The notes beneath the pieces were generated by a model. It saw only the letters and a program-made list of their open reading frames with translations. It ran no database searches and was not told the DNA's origin. Positions 1 through 8,417 of a stretch of DNA of 32,000 nt are shown in pieces. The position numbers and the translations under genes are program-made. Position 1 is the first letter of the stretch; the number at the start of each line of letters is the position of its first letter. This stretch comes from Telmatocola sphagniphila (GTDB lineage: Bacteria; Planctomycetota; Planctomycetia; Gemmatales; Gemmataceae), in assembly GCF_018398935.1 (NCBI RefSeq), contig NZ_CP074694.1:480001-512000 (forward strand), given 5' to 3'.

Positions 1-43
1 CCCAGAACAATTTACTCGCAGAGCTACTCGGGTCCAAAACGCT

Positions 44-712
44 CTAAGTCGCTGGTTTTTCCAGAAAATCGATCTGGGCTGCGAGCGCAGTCTTCACTCG
101 CGTCACATATTTATTCCGTCCGATTTCGGTTGCCCCCAAACTGCGCGTGTGGTCATTGATGATCTGCACATCCACGAGTAGATACCCGCGAGCTTTCAAA
201 TGGTTGATCAAGTACGCCAAGGCCACTTTGGAAGCATCGGTTTCGCGGAAGAACATCGATTCCGCACTGAAGAGTCCGCCGACGCCCACTCCGTAAACGC
301 CTCCTACCAGCACGCCGTCCAGCCAGGCTTCGGCGGAATGGGCAAAACCCAGTTTGTGCATCCGGGAGTAGGCACGCAGCATTTCGCTGTTGATCCAGGT
401 TCCCTCGGGGCGATGCCGGCCGCACTCCGCCATGACCATTTCGAAGGCCGAGTCTAAGCGGGTGATGAACTTTTGTTTGCGAATGGTTTTGGCGAGGCTT
501 TTGGAAATGTGAAAGTCGTCATATTCGATAATTGCTCGGGGATTGGGGGACCACCAGAGGATGGGATCTCCTTCGGAGAACCAGGGGAAAACCCCGTCCG
601 CGTAGGCGTTGAGCAATGTTTCGGGAGACAAATCCCCACCTACGCCGACCAATCCTTCATCATCGGCCAGGTGAACGGGGATCCAGGGTTTTTTGAAGCC
701 GGTCGATTTCAC
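44..712 (-). CDS. aat: Leucyl/phenylalanyl-tRNA--protein transferase (N-end rule L/F-transferase)
   Basis: The 222-aa ORF is collinear with E. coli Aat. Shared blocks include GGDLSPETLLNAYADGVFPWF, DPILWWSPNPRAI, GTWI, HSAE.W and GGVYGV..GGLFSAESMF. The start is a GTG at 712 that overlaps the upstream gene's stop as GTGA. Confidence 0.9.
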   Translation of the reverse strand: MKSTGFKKPWIPVHLADDEGLVGVGGDLSPETLLNAYADGVFPWFSEGDPILWWSPNPRAIIEYDDFHISKSLAKTIRKQKFITRLDSAFEMVMAECGRHRPEGTWINSEMLRAYSRMHKLGFAHSAEAWLDGVLVGGVYGVGVGGLFSAESMFFRETDASKVALAYLINHLKARGYLLVDVQIINDHTRSLGATEIGRNKYVTRVKTALAAQIDFLEKPAT

Positions 713-1362
713 TTGTCGAGCGATTCGAGGAGTTTCTTGGCCTCATCCACCGATTTGGAATTCGGATGTTTGTCGAGTATTTCTTTCAGGAGATCTTTCG
801 CTTTCTCGTTCCGGTTCAGGGAGATATAGTTCTTGGCATTGTTCAGCAGACGCTTGGCTTCCTTGTCGTCGCTGGCCGAATCGGATTTGGTGGTATCTTT
901 CTTCTCCGGCATGTCCTTGTCCTTCGCCTTTGCCTCTTCCTTCTTCTTCCCGTCGGGGGCATTCTCATCGCCTCGGAAATTGCCCTTCTTCAAAAGGAGC
1001 CAGCCATCGTAACGGTCGCCCGGCTTGGAAACGATGATATAGCCGAGGTCGAGAGGCTTCAAAGCCGAATCCAGGATCTCCTCGACGGTTTTGTTCTGGA
1101 CCACAACGGTAATGCGGGAATTCATGGAGACCCCCTGATCGGGGTAAGTGCTCAGGCTGCCTTTTTTAATATCCTGGAGATTCCCTGAGATTTCCTTTAG
1201 CACCTCCCGGAGCATCTCGTTCTTCATCTCAATGCTGATTTTGATTTTGAGCCGGGCGCGGGTGGCCGCGGCGGCCGGCGAATCCTTGGTGGTTTGCGCT
1301 TCCCCGGGAAGGGTAAACAACAAGGCCATCACCAGAACGGGAAGAAGAGTGATTCGACGCAT
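709..1362 (-). CDS. Secreted protein of unknown function with a possible STN-like domain
   Basis: The N-terminal signal peptide is MRRITLLPVLVMALLFTLPGEAQ. It is followed by a roughly 80-aa segment resembling secretin/TonB short N-terminal (STN) domains (LREVLKEI....ITVVVQNKTVEEILDSALKPLDLGYII). Then come a K/E/D-rich linker and one TPR-like helix pair at the C-terminus. The stop overlaps the aat start. Confidence 0.55.
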   Translation of the reverse strand: MRRITLLPVLVMALLFTLPGEAQTTKDSPAAAATRARLKIKISIEMKNEMLREVLKEISGNLQDIKKGSLSTYPDQGVSMNSRITVVVQNKTVEEILDSALKPLDLGYIIVSKPGDRYDGWLLLKKGNFRGDENAPDGKKKEEAKAKDKDMPEKKDTTKSDSASDDKEAKRLLNNAKNYISLNRNEKAKDLLKEILDKHPNSKSVDEAKKLLESLDK

Positions 1363-1530
1363 GTCAGACCCTCCAGATTGCCGGGAAAATAGCTGGGAAT
1401 TTGTGCGAAATCAGCGGTTTTAAGAGGCTGAATTTCTTTACCTAATTAATAGAATACGCAATGATGAAAAAAGTTCCTTGAGATTCGTTCGGAAGCCATT
1501 TTCGGACCCGCTAACTAAAGGAAAAACCAC

Positions 1531-4197
1531 TTGGCCGATACACCTCCCAGCGGGGGCACTCCCGCCCCGTTGCCAATGCCGACGCTGGAAATCGAATCCG
1601 AACTCCGCGACAGCTATCTCGCTTACGCGATGAGCGTGATCGTCAGCCGGGCATTACCCGACGTGAGAGATGGTCTGAAACCCTCGCATCGGCGCATCCT
1701 GGTGGCCATGAACGACCTGGGCCTGGGGCCCTCTTCCTCCACCAGCAAGTGCGCGGCCATCGTCGGCGAGACGATGAAGCGCTACCACCCGCACGGCGAC
1801 GCTAGCATTTACGATTCGCTGGTCCGCATGACCCAGAACTGGGCTCTCCGTTACACACTGGTTCATGGTCAGGGCAATTTCGGATCGATTGCAGGTCTGC
1901 CCGCCGCGGCCCACCGCTACACCGAAGCCCGGCTCACCAACCTCGCCGCCGAGATGCTGGAAGATCTCAATAACGACACAGTCGATTTTATCGACAACTA
2001 CGACGGCAAGTATAAAGAGCCGCTGGTACTGCCCAGCAAGGTGCCCAATCTCCTGATTAATGGCTCCGATGGTATCGCCGTGGGCATGGCGACGGAAATT
2101 CCGCCTCATAATCTCGGCGAAGTTTGCGACGCCCTCATCGCTTTGCTCGAAAATCCGAACATGAGTCTAGGCGAGCTGATCTCGCACATTCCGGGCCCCG
2201 ATTTTCCTACTGGTGGCATTATCTGCGGTCGGCAGGGGATAATCGACGGCTATAAGACCGGGCGGGGTAAAATCACCCTCCGGGCAAGAACGGAAATCGT
2301 CGAAGAAGGCAAGACGACTCAGATTATCATCAAGGAAGTTCCGTTCCAGCAGACTCGCAATCGTCTGGCCGAATATATCGGCGAACTGGTCAAAGATGAG
2401 CGAGTCAAAGACATTTCGGCCCTCCGCGACGAGTCGTCCGCCCGTAATGGCGAGCCGGTACGGCTGGTGATCGATTTGAAACGCGGCGCCGATCCGCACC
2501 TGGTTTTAAATCAACTCTATCAGTTCACACCGCTCCAGAAAACCGTCAGCATAATTCTGCTGGCCCTGGTAGACGGTCGGCCGCGCATTCTAACCCTCAA
2601 GGAGATGCTGGAAGAGTTCATCAAGCATCGAATTCAGGTCATACGACGGCGAACGGAATACAAACTGCGTGAAGCTAAGCGACGCGGCCATATTCTCGAA
2701 GGCCAGTTGATCGCCATCTCCTCCCTCGACGAAGTTATCCGGATCTGCCGATCTTCTCCCAACCGCAGTGAAACCAAGATTTCCCTGCAAAATATGGAGG
2801 TGTCGGCCAGCGTGCTGGGCCGGGCTATCGGTGAAAAAGCGCTGACCGCTCTACAGGCGGAATTGGGAGTCGCCGAATCATACCGGATGACGGAAGCCCA
2901 GGCCGATGCGGTGGTCCGGCTCCAGTTGGGGCAATTGGCCGCGCTGGAACGGGATGAAATCTACAAGGAGTACGCTCAGCTACGCGAAGCCATAGTCGGC
3001 TACGAAACCCTGCTGGCCAGCGAAGCCCTGATTCGCGAGGTGATTAAAGAAGATCTGACTTATCTCCGGAATAAATTCGGCGACAATCGATTGACCGAGA
3101 TCAGCGATGAAGGGGCCTATGTGGACATGGAAGATCTGATTCCCGTAGAGGATCAGGTCGTGAGCATATCGCATAAAGGCTACATCAAACGACTGCCGAT
3201 GGACACCTATCGGGTCCAGCATCGCGGCGGTAAAGGCGTCTCGGGCGGCACCAAAGACGACGATTTCGTTGAACATTTCTTTGTGGCCTCCACGCATGCA
3301 TATCTACTTTGCTTCACCAATCGCGGCCAACTCTACTGGCTAAAGGTTTACAACATCCCCGAAGCGAGCCGAACCAGCGCGGGCCGGTCGATCGCCAACG
3401 TGCTGTCGCTCAAGCCCGACGAGATGATCACCAGCGTCATCCCCGTACGTGATTTCGAAGGGAACTTCTGCCTGTTGGCGGCCACTCGCCAGGGGAAGGT
3501 GAAAAAGACTCCTCTCGAAGATTACTCGCGACCCAAGCAGGGCGGGATCATCGGCATCAACCTCAATGAGGGTGATACACTGATCGGAGTCTGCCTCGTC
3601 AAACCGGGAGATGAAGTCGTTCTTTCCTCACGGAACGGCATGGCCATTCGTTTCAGCGAATCGGATGCCCGTCCGATGGGTCGCAACACGGCCGGCGTCT
3701 GGGGCATCAATCTCAAGGACGATGATGAACTGGTAGGCATGGTCGTGGCCGATCCGGAAGGTTTTCTTTTGACCATCTGCGAAAACGGTTACGGTAAGCG
3801 TACGCCGTTTGGTCCAAATACCGCCGATGAATTGCCCGAAAATGGCGAAGAAGCGGTAGCCGAGGAACCCGTCGAAGAGGAATCGGCCGAGGGGGAAGAG
3901 CGTTCAGCGATGCGGTACCGCAAACAGCGCCGGGGTGGTAAGGGCGTTCGAGATATTCGAACCAGCGAACGCAACGGCAAAGTGATCGGTATTGCGGCTG
4001 TCAAGGATACGCACGAACTGATTCTGATGACCATGCAGGGTATGGTAAATCGAATCAAGATTTCGGAAGTCCGAGTGGTTGGTCGCAACACCCAGGGCGT
4101 GCGCGTGATGAGTGTCAACGATGGGGACAAAATTGCCTCCCTGGCATTAGTGGCCGCGGAAGAAGTTGTGGAAGAAAAAGTCCCAGCCACAACCTGA
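1531..4197 (+). CDS. gyrA: DNA gyrase subunit A
   Basis: The 888-aa ORF carries [30 protein letters not shown], the active-site region [10 protein letters not shown], and a GyrA-box QHRGGKG at the start of a six-blade CTD. The start is a TTG at 1531 preceded by AAAGGAAAAACCAC. An alternative ATG lies at 1576. Confidence 0.95.
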   Translation: MADTPPSGGTPAPLPMPTLEIESELRDSYLAYAMSVIVSRALPDVRDGLKPSHRRILVAMNDLGLGPSSSTSKCAAIVGETMKRYHPHGDASIYDSLVRMTQNWALRYTLVHGQGNFGSIAGLPAAAHRYTEARLTNLAAEMLEDLNNDTVDFIDNYDGKYKEPLVLPSKVPNLLINGSDGIAVGMATEIPPHNLGEVCDALIALLENPNMSLGELISHIPGPDFPTGGIICGRQGIIDGYKTGRGKITLRARTEIVEEGKTTQIIIKEVPFQQTRNRLAEYIGELVKDERVKDISALRDESSARNGEPVRLVIDLKRGADPHLVLNQLYQFTPLQKTVSIILLALVDGRPRILTLKEMLEEFIKHRIQVIRRRTEYKLREAKRRGHILEGQLIAISSLDEVIRICRSSPNRSETKISLQNMEVSASVLGRAIGEKALTALQAELGVAESYRMTEAQADAVVRLQLGQLAALERDEIYKEYAQLREAIVGYETLLASEALIREVIKEDLTYLRNKFGDNRLTEISDEGAYVDMEDLIPVEDQVVSISHKGYIKRLPMDTYRVQHRGGKGVSGGTKDDDFVEHFFVASTHAYLLCFTNRGQLYWLKVYNIPEASRTSAGRSIANVLSLKPDEMITSVIPVRDFEGNFCLLAATRQGKVKKTPLEDYSRPKQGGIIGINLNEGDTLIGVCLVKPGDEVVLSSRNGMAIRFSESDARPMGRNTAGVWGINLKDDDELVGMVVADPEGFLLTICENGYGKRTPFGPNTADELPENGEEAVAEEPVEEESAEGEERSAMRYRKQRRGGKGVRDIRTSERNGKVIGIAAVKDTHELILMTMQGMVNRIKISEVRVVGRNTQGVRVMSVNDGDKIASLALVAAEEVVEEKVPATT

Positions 4198-4252
4198 TAG
4201 AAATTGGAAGCAAACTCGGTTTTAGGCAGCCCCCAAATTCGGGAGTCGAAGC

Positions 4253-5263
4253 GTGCGTGTTCTGATCACCGGCGGATATGGCTTTATCGGTGCCTGGATC
4301 ATCAAAGCTCTTCTGGAGAAGGGGGCCTCGGTCTGGGTTTACGATCTCAAGGAGGACGCTCGCCGGATGAGGATGATCCTCTCCGAAGAGCAGGTTCGAA
4401 AAGTCGTATTCATTCCCGGTAACGTGACCGATCAGTTGCTTCTCACTTCGGCCCTAAAAGAAAATGCTATTTCGCACATCATCCACCTTGCGGGATTGCA
4501 GGTGCCGACTTGCCGGGCCAATCCGATTCTCGGCGCTCAAGTAAACGTTATGGGCACACTTGCTGTATTCGAAGCGATTCGAACGCTCGGCGAGCAGGTG
4601 AAGCGAGTGGTTTACGCTAGCTCGGCCGCCGTGTTCGGCCCCCCGGAAGCTTATGGGCCGGGACGTCAACCCGATGATGCCCGCTTGTTACCCAGCACAC
4701 ACTACGGCTATTTCAAATGCTGCAATGAAGGCAATGCCCGCATCTATTTTCAGGATTTCGGCATCAGCAGCATCGGTCTGCGACCCTGGACGGTCTATGG
4801 TGTCGGGCGGGATCTGGGAATGACCAGCGATCCGACCAAGGCGATCAAATCAGTGGTCATGAATCGGCCTTTTCACATCGCTTTTGGGGGCATCACCGAC
4901 TTCCAGTACGTCGAGGATGTGGCTCAGATTTTCGTCCGCTGTCTGGAAGCCCCGTATAAAGGGGCGAAGTCCTATAACCTGCGGGGAGCGGTCGTCGATA
5001 TTCCTGCATTCCTTAAGACTCTGATCGAAATTGCGCCCGAAGCGGCCAAGTTGATTACGCACGGAACTTCCCAACTGGCCATTGCTTACGATCTGGACGA
5101 TGCCGGTCTGCAGAAGGATATCGGTGACATCCCCAGCACCAGCTTGAAAGACGGGATTCGTAAGACGCTGGAGATTTTCCAGAAGTTGAAAGCAGAAAAC
5201 CGGCTCACGACTGAAGATCTGGAAGCCGCCAAGCCCGCTGTTGTGACGGTGGATGAGCCATAG
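4253..5263 (+). CDS. NAD-dependent epimerase/dehydratase family protein (extended SDR)
   Basis: The N-terminal Rossmann motif is VLITGGYGFIGAW and the catalytic YxxxK is present (YGYFK). The length, 336 aa, is typical of nucleotide-sugar epimerases. The start is a GTG after GGGAG. Confidence 0.85.
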   Translation: MRVLITGGYGFIGAWIIKALLEKGASVWVYDLKEDARRMRMILSEEQVRKVVFIPGNVTDQLLLTSALKENAISHIIHLAGLQVPTCRANPILGAQVNVMGTLAVFEAIRTLGEQVKRVVYASSAAVFGPPEAYGPGRQPDDARLLPSTHYGYFKCCNEGNARIYFQDFGISSIGLRPWTVYGVGRDLGMTSDPTKAIKSVVMNRPFHIAFGGITDFQYVEDVAQIFVRCLEAPYKGAKSYNLRGAVVDIPAFLKTLIEIAPEAAKLITHGTSQLAIAYDLDDAGLQKDIGDIPSTSLKDGIRKTLEIFQKLKAENRLTTEDLEAAKPAVVTVDEP

Positions 5264-5268
5264 GCGAA

Positions 5269-6810
5269 TCACATCTTCGCCCAGAGCCGGCGGTCGAGCG
5301 TTCGGTATGCAATCGCTTCGCTGACATGCGAAGATTGAATTTCGGCAGTCCCCTCGATATCGGCAATGGTGCGAGCTACCCGCAAAATCCGGTCGTGGGC
5401 TCGGGCGGAGAGACCGAGCATTTCCATGGCCGATTGCAGCAAATCCTGGCTCGAACTTTCGAGCGTGCAAAACTTTCGTAACTGACGGGAAGACATCCGG
5501 GAATTGATTGATTTCACACCGGCCCCAAAACGCGCGGCTTGAATCGCCCGAGCCCGATCAACTTGCTCCCTCATCTGGGTACTGCCGGTTCCTTCCCTTT
5601 GAGTCGACAATTCCTTGAAGGGCACGGCGGGCACTTCGATGTGCATATCGATGCGGTCGAGCAATGGACCACTGATTCGCCCCATGTACTTTTCAATCTG
5701 TATAGGAGAGCACTTACAGGCGTGCTTGGGATCGCCGAGGTAGCCGCACGGGCAGGGATTCATCGAGGCGACCAGAATGAAACTGGCCGGGAAGGTCGAG
5801 GAGTGCGTGGCCCGCGATATCGTCACTTTCCCTTCTTCGAGCGGTTGACGTAAAACTTCCAAACTCCGGCGATTGAATTCAGGGAGTTCATCGAGGAACA
5901 GCACGCCATGATGGGCGAGGGAAATTTCGCCCGGTGTCGGGATAGTCCCTCCACCTACCATACCGGCATCAGATATCGTGTGATGGGGAGAACGGAAAGG
6001 GCGGGTGGTGAGGAGTGATTCCCCCGCCGGGAGTCGACCCATCGCACTGTAGATGCGGGTTGTTTCCAGACTTTCGAAGGCGGTCAGGGGTGGCAAAATC
6101 GTGGCCAGCCGGCGGGAAAGCATGGTTTTACCCGTCCCAGGACTGCCGATCATGAGCACATTATGGCCGCCCGCCGCCGCGACGGCCAGAGCTCGCTTCG
6201 CGAATTCCTGGCCTCGCACATCGCCAAAGTCGATGTCGTACTGATTCATCTTCTGTTGAAGCGTAGTCAATTGCGAAGTGGTCGGCTCCAGCGTCAGATA
6301 ACCGGACAGCATCCCCACGGCATCAGTCAGAGTGCCAACTCCGAAAACTTCGATGTCTTCTACTACCGCGGCTTCGCGGGCGTTGGCGATGGGAACTAGC
6401 AATTTCTTGACACCTAATTCCTGGGCGGCCATCGCCATGGCCAGCGCCCCTTTGACGGGTCGCACGCTGCCATCGAGAGCGAGTTCGCCGCAGATGGCAT
6501 ACTCGGCCAAGGCGTCCGCTTTCAACTGCCGGGTGGCAATCAGCATACCGAGTGCAATAGGCAGGTCGAAACCGCCAGCGTCTTTGCGGAGATCGGCCGG
6601 GGCCAGGTTGATGACCGTTCGGCCATCGGGCAGGGCGTAATTGAGATTGAAGAGGGCGCGCTCGATGCGGTGGACCGCTTCGCGGACGGCCATTTCAGGC
6701 AGTCCGACCAGAACTGTCTTGGGCATCTGGGCGTGAGTATTGTCGACTTCGACCTCAACAGGCAGAGCGTCAATTCCGACCAGGGCGAATGTTGTAAGCT
6801 TCGATAACAC
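5269..6810 (-). CDS. comM: YifB/ComM family Mg-chelatase-like AAA+ ATPase
   Basis: The 513-aa ORF has an N-terminal Lon-protease-like domain, Walker A GSPGTGKTML, Walker B VLFLDELPEF, the Cys cluster NPCPCGY....C.C, and a C-terminal ChlI-like helical domain. Confidence 0.9.
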   Translation of the reverse strand: MLSKLTTFALVGIDALPVEVEVDNTHAQMPKTVLVGLPEMAVREAVHRIERALFNLNYALPDGRTVINLAPADLRKDAGGFDLPIALGMLIATRQLKADALAEYAICGELALDGSVRPVKGALAMAMAAQELGVKKLLVPIANAREAAVVEDIEVFGVGTLTDAVGMLSGYLTLEPTTSQLTTLQQKMNQYDIDFGDVRGQEFAKRALAVAAAGGHNVLMIGSPGTGKTMLSRRLATILPPLTAFESLETTRIYSAMGRLPAGESLLTTRPFRSPHHTISDAGMVGGGTIPTPGEISLAHHGVLFLDELPEFNRRSLEVLRQPLEEGKVTISRATHSSTFPASFILVASMNPCPCGYLGDPKHACKCSPIQIEKYMGRISGPLLDRIDMHIEVPAVPFKELSTQREGTGSTQMREQVDRARAIQAARFGAGVKSINSRMSSRQLRKFCTLESSSQDLLQSAMEMLGLSARAHDRILRVARTIADIEGTAEIQSSHVSEAIAYRTLDRRLWAKM

Positions 6811-6826
6811 GTGGGCTTCCTAACTA

Positions 6827-7537
6827 CTACTCCTCGCCAGCAATGATCTTCTTTTCGGGTGGTCTGAAATCCCACACGAGGCGCTTGTAGACCAATTTCC
6901 CGATCTTCCAAAGGGCAAACGCGACGAAAACACACAACCAGCCGGAGAAAATCGCAGGTTTGACGATCAGTTTCTTCTTATCTTCGTCGTAGAAGAAGGT
7001 TTCCTGCATCCAAGATCCCAATTTCAAAAAGACAATGACCTGTCCGGTAATCAGGGCAATCATGGCAAGAATGCCCAGAAACGGAGGAGCGAGGTGGGAA
7101 ACCCATTCCATCGTTGTGGGCTGATAAACGGCCTTAGTTTCGAATCGCAATCGCGTTACGGTGTTGTAACCGCAACTGAGACAGATCACCGCCGTTTCGG
7201 AGGCCAGTTCTTTGGCGCAGAACGGGCAGCGTGGCAAGGCTCCATCATCGTCTTTATTCAAGGTGTAGGGATTCTGATCGCCTCCCAACTCTTCATCCAG
7301 CTGTTTCGCTTTGGCTTCCGCCGCGCTTAGGGGAATCGGTGGCACGGCGGCTGGCGTCGGGGGAGCTTGCTTTTTGAGAGGGGGAGGGCCGGCTTTGGGT
7401 TTTTCGCTAACTACTGAACTTACCGGCTCTTGGGCCAAGAAAACAGCTTTGCATGCTTTGCAGCGAATCTTCTTCCCGAGAACCTCGTCGGGAATTTTCA
7501 TTTTGGTATCACATTCGGTACAAACAACAACCGGCAT
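6827..7537 (-). CDS. Double zinc-ribbon membrane protein of unknown function
   Basis: The N-terminal MJ0042-type zinc ribbon is CTECDTKMKIP....CKACKAVF. A Pro/Ala-rich linker leads to a second CxxC...CxxC ribbon (CPFCAKE....CLSCGYN). Two predicted TM helices follow. The gene ends 16 bp upstream of comM. Confidence 0.65.
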   Translation of the reverse strand: MPVVVCTECDTKMKIPDEVLGKKIRCKACKAVFLAQEPVSSVVSEKPKAGPPPLKKQAPPTPAAVPPIPLSAAEAKAKQLDEELGGDQNPYTLNKDDDGALPRCPFCAKELASETAVICLSCGYNTVTRLRFETKAVYQPTTMEWVSHLAPPFLGILAMIALITGQVIVFLKLGSWMQETFFYDEDKKKLIVKPAIFSGWLCVFVAFALWKIGKLVYKRLVWDFRPPEKKIIAGEE

Positions 7538-7612
7538 GAAATATCCTCGCCTTGCACTTTCGCCGAGAACGATTATGAGCTAGACTCTAGGATATTTGGG
7601 GAGGTACCAGGA

Positions 7613-8413
7613 ATGCAAGCAGGAAGTCAACCGGATGGCGAAAATAGCGGAGTTTCGCCTGCGGTGCGCCTGTTGGTAACCCTGGCAACTTATAACGAAC
7701 GGGATAATTTGCGGGCGCTTTCGGAAGAAATTCTCTCCAAAGTCCCGTTTGCCCAACTTCTGGTCATCGATGACAATTCCCCCGATGGAACAGGGAAACT
7801 GGCCGACGAATTGAAGGCGGCCGATCCCCGGATCGATGTGATCCACCGTTCGGGAAAGCTCGGCCTCGGCACTGCCATGCTGGCCGCGTGCAAATATGCT
7901 TTCGAGAACGAGTTCGATTTCCTGTTAAATCTGGACGCCGATTTCAGCCATCCGCCGCGTTTCATTCCTGCCATCTTGGAAGGGATGAAACGAAACGACG
8001 TGATGATCGGTTCGCGTTACACGCCGGGCGGGGGCACGGAAAACTGGCCTCTTTCCCGTAAAATCATCAGTCGCTCGGTAAATCTGCTGGTTCGCATACT
8101 GTTTGGGATGGGTGTCCGGGACGCCAGCGGGGCTTTCCGCTGTTATCGGGTCAGCAAGCTTCGACAGGCCAAATTGGAACGAATCTGGTCGCGTGGGTAT
8201 TCCTTCCAGCAGGAAGTGCTCTACCGCTGTTTTCGAGCGGGCAGCAAATTGGGCGAAACGCCGATCATATTCGAAAATCGTCGAGCCGGGGTGTCGAAAG
8301 TGAACCTCCGGGAGGCCGTGCGTTCGCTGAGCATGCTGGTTTTCCTCGGCATCCGCTATCGGCTGGGACTCGACCACGTGGCCAAGCTGTCCCTTCCGGT
8401 TTTGTCCCACTAG
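7613..8413 (+). CDS. GT2 polyprenol-phosphate mannosyltransferase (Dpm1/Ppm1-like)
   Basis: GT-A fold motifs are present: LVTLATYNERDNL, VIDDNSPDGT and LDADFSHPP (DxD). The collinear pattern is that of dolichyl/polyprenyl-phosphate mannose synthases. I chose the ATG at 7613, preceded by GGGGAGG. The longer ORF from 7430 would overlap the divergent zinc-ribbon gene. Confidence 0.8.
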   Translation: MQAGSQPDGENSGVSPAVRLLVTLATYNERDNLRALSEEILSKVPFAQLLVIDDNSPDGTGKLADELKAADPRIDVIHRSGKLGLGTAMLAACKYAFENEFDFLLNLDADFSHPPRFIPAILEGMKRNDVMIGSRYTPGGGTENWPLSRKIISRSVNLLVRILFGMGVRDASGAFRCYRVSKLRQAKLERIWSRGYSFQQEVLYRCFRAGSKLGETPIIFENRRAGVSKVNLREAVRSLSMLVFLGIRYRLGLDHVAKLSLPVLSH

Positions 8414-8417
8414 ATTC

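Noticed and set aside
7430-7612. Upstream extensions of three ORFs in the track: GT2 from 7430, BamD-like from 20179, and LptE-like from 21545.
   Set aside because: The extensions overlap neighbouring well-supported genes (the zinc-ribbon gene, recO and the BamD-like gene) and have non-protein-like composition. Internal starts at 7613, 20350 and 21638 have SD-like sequences and yield proper N-termini or signal peptides.
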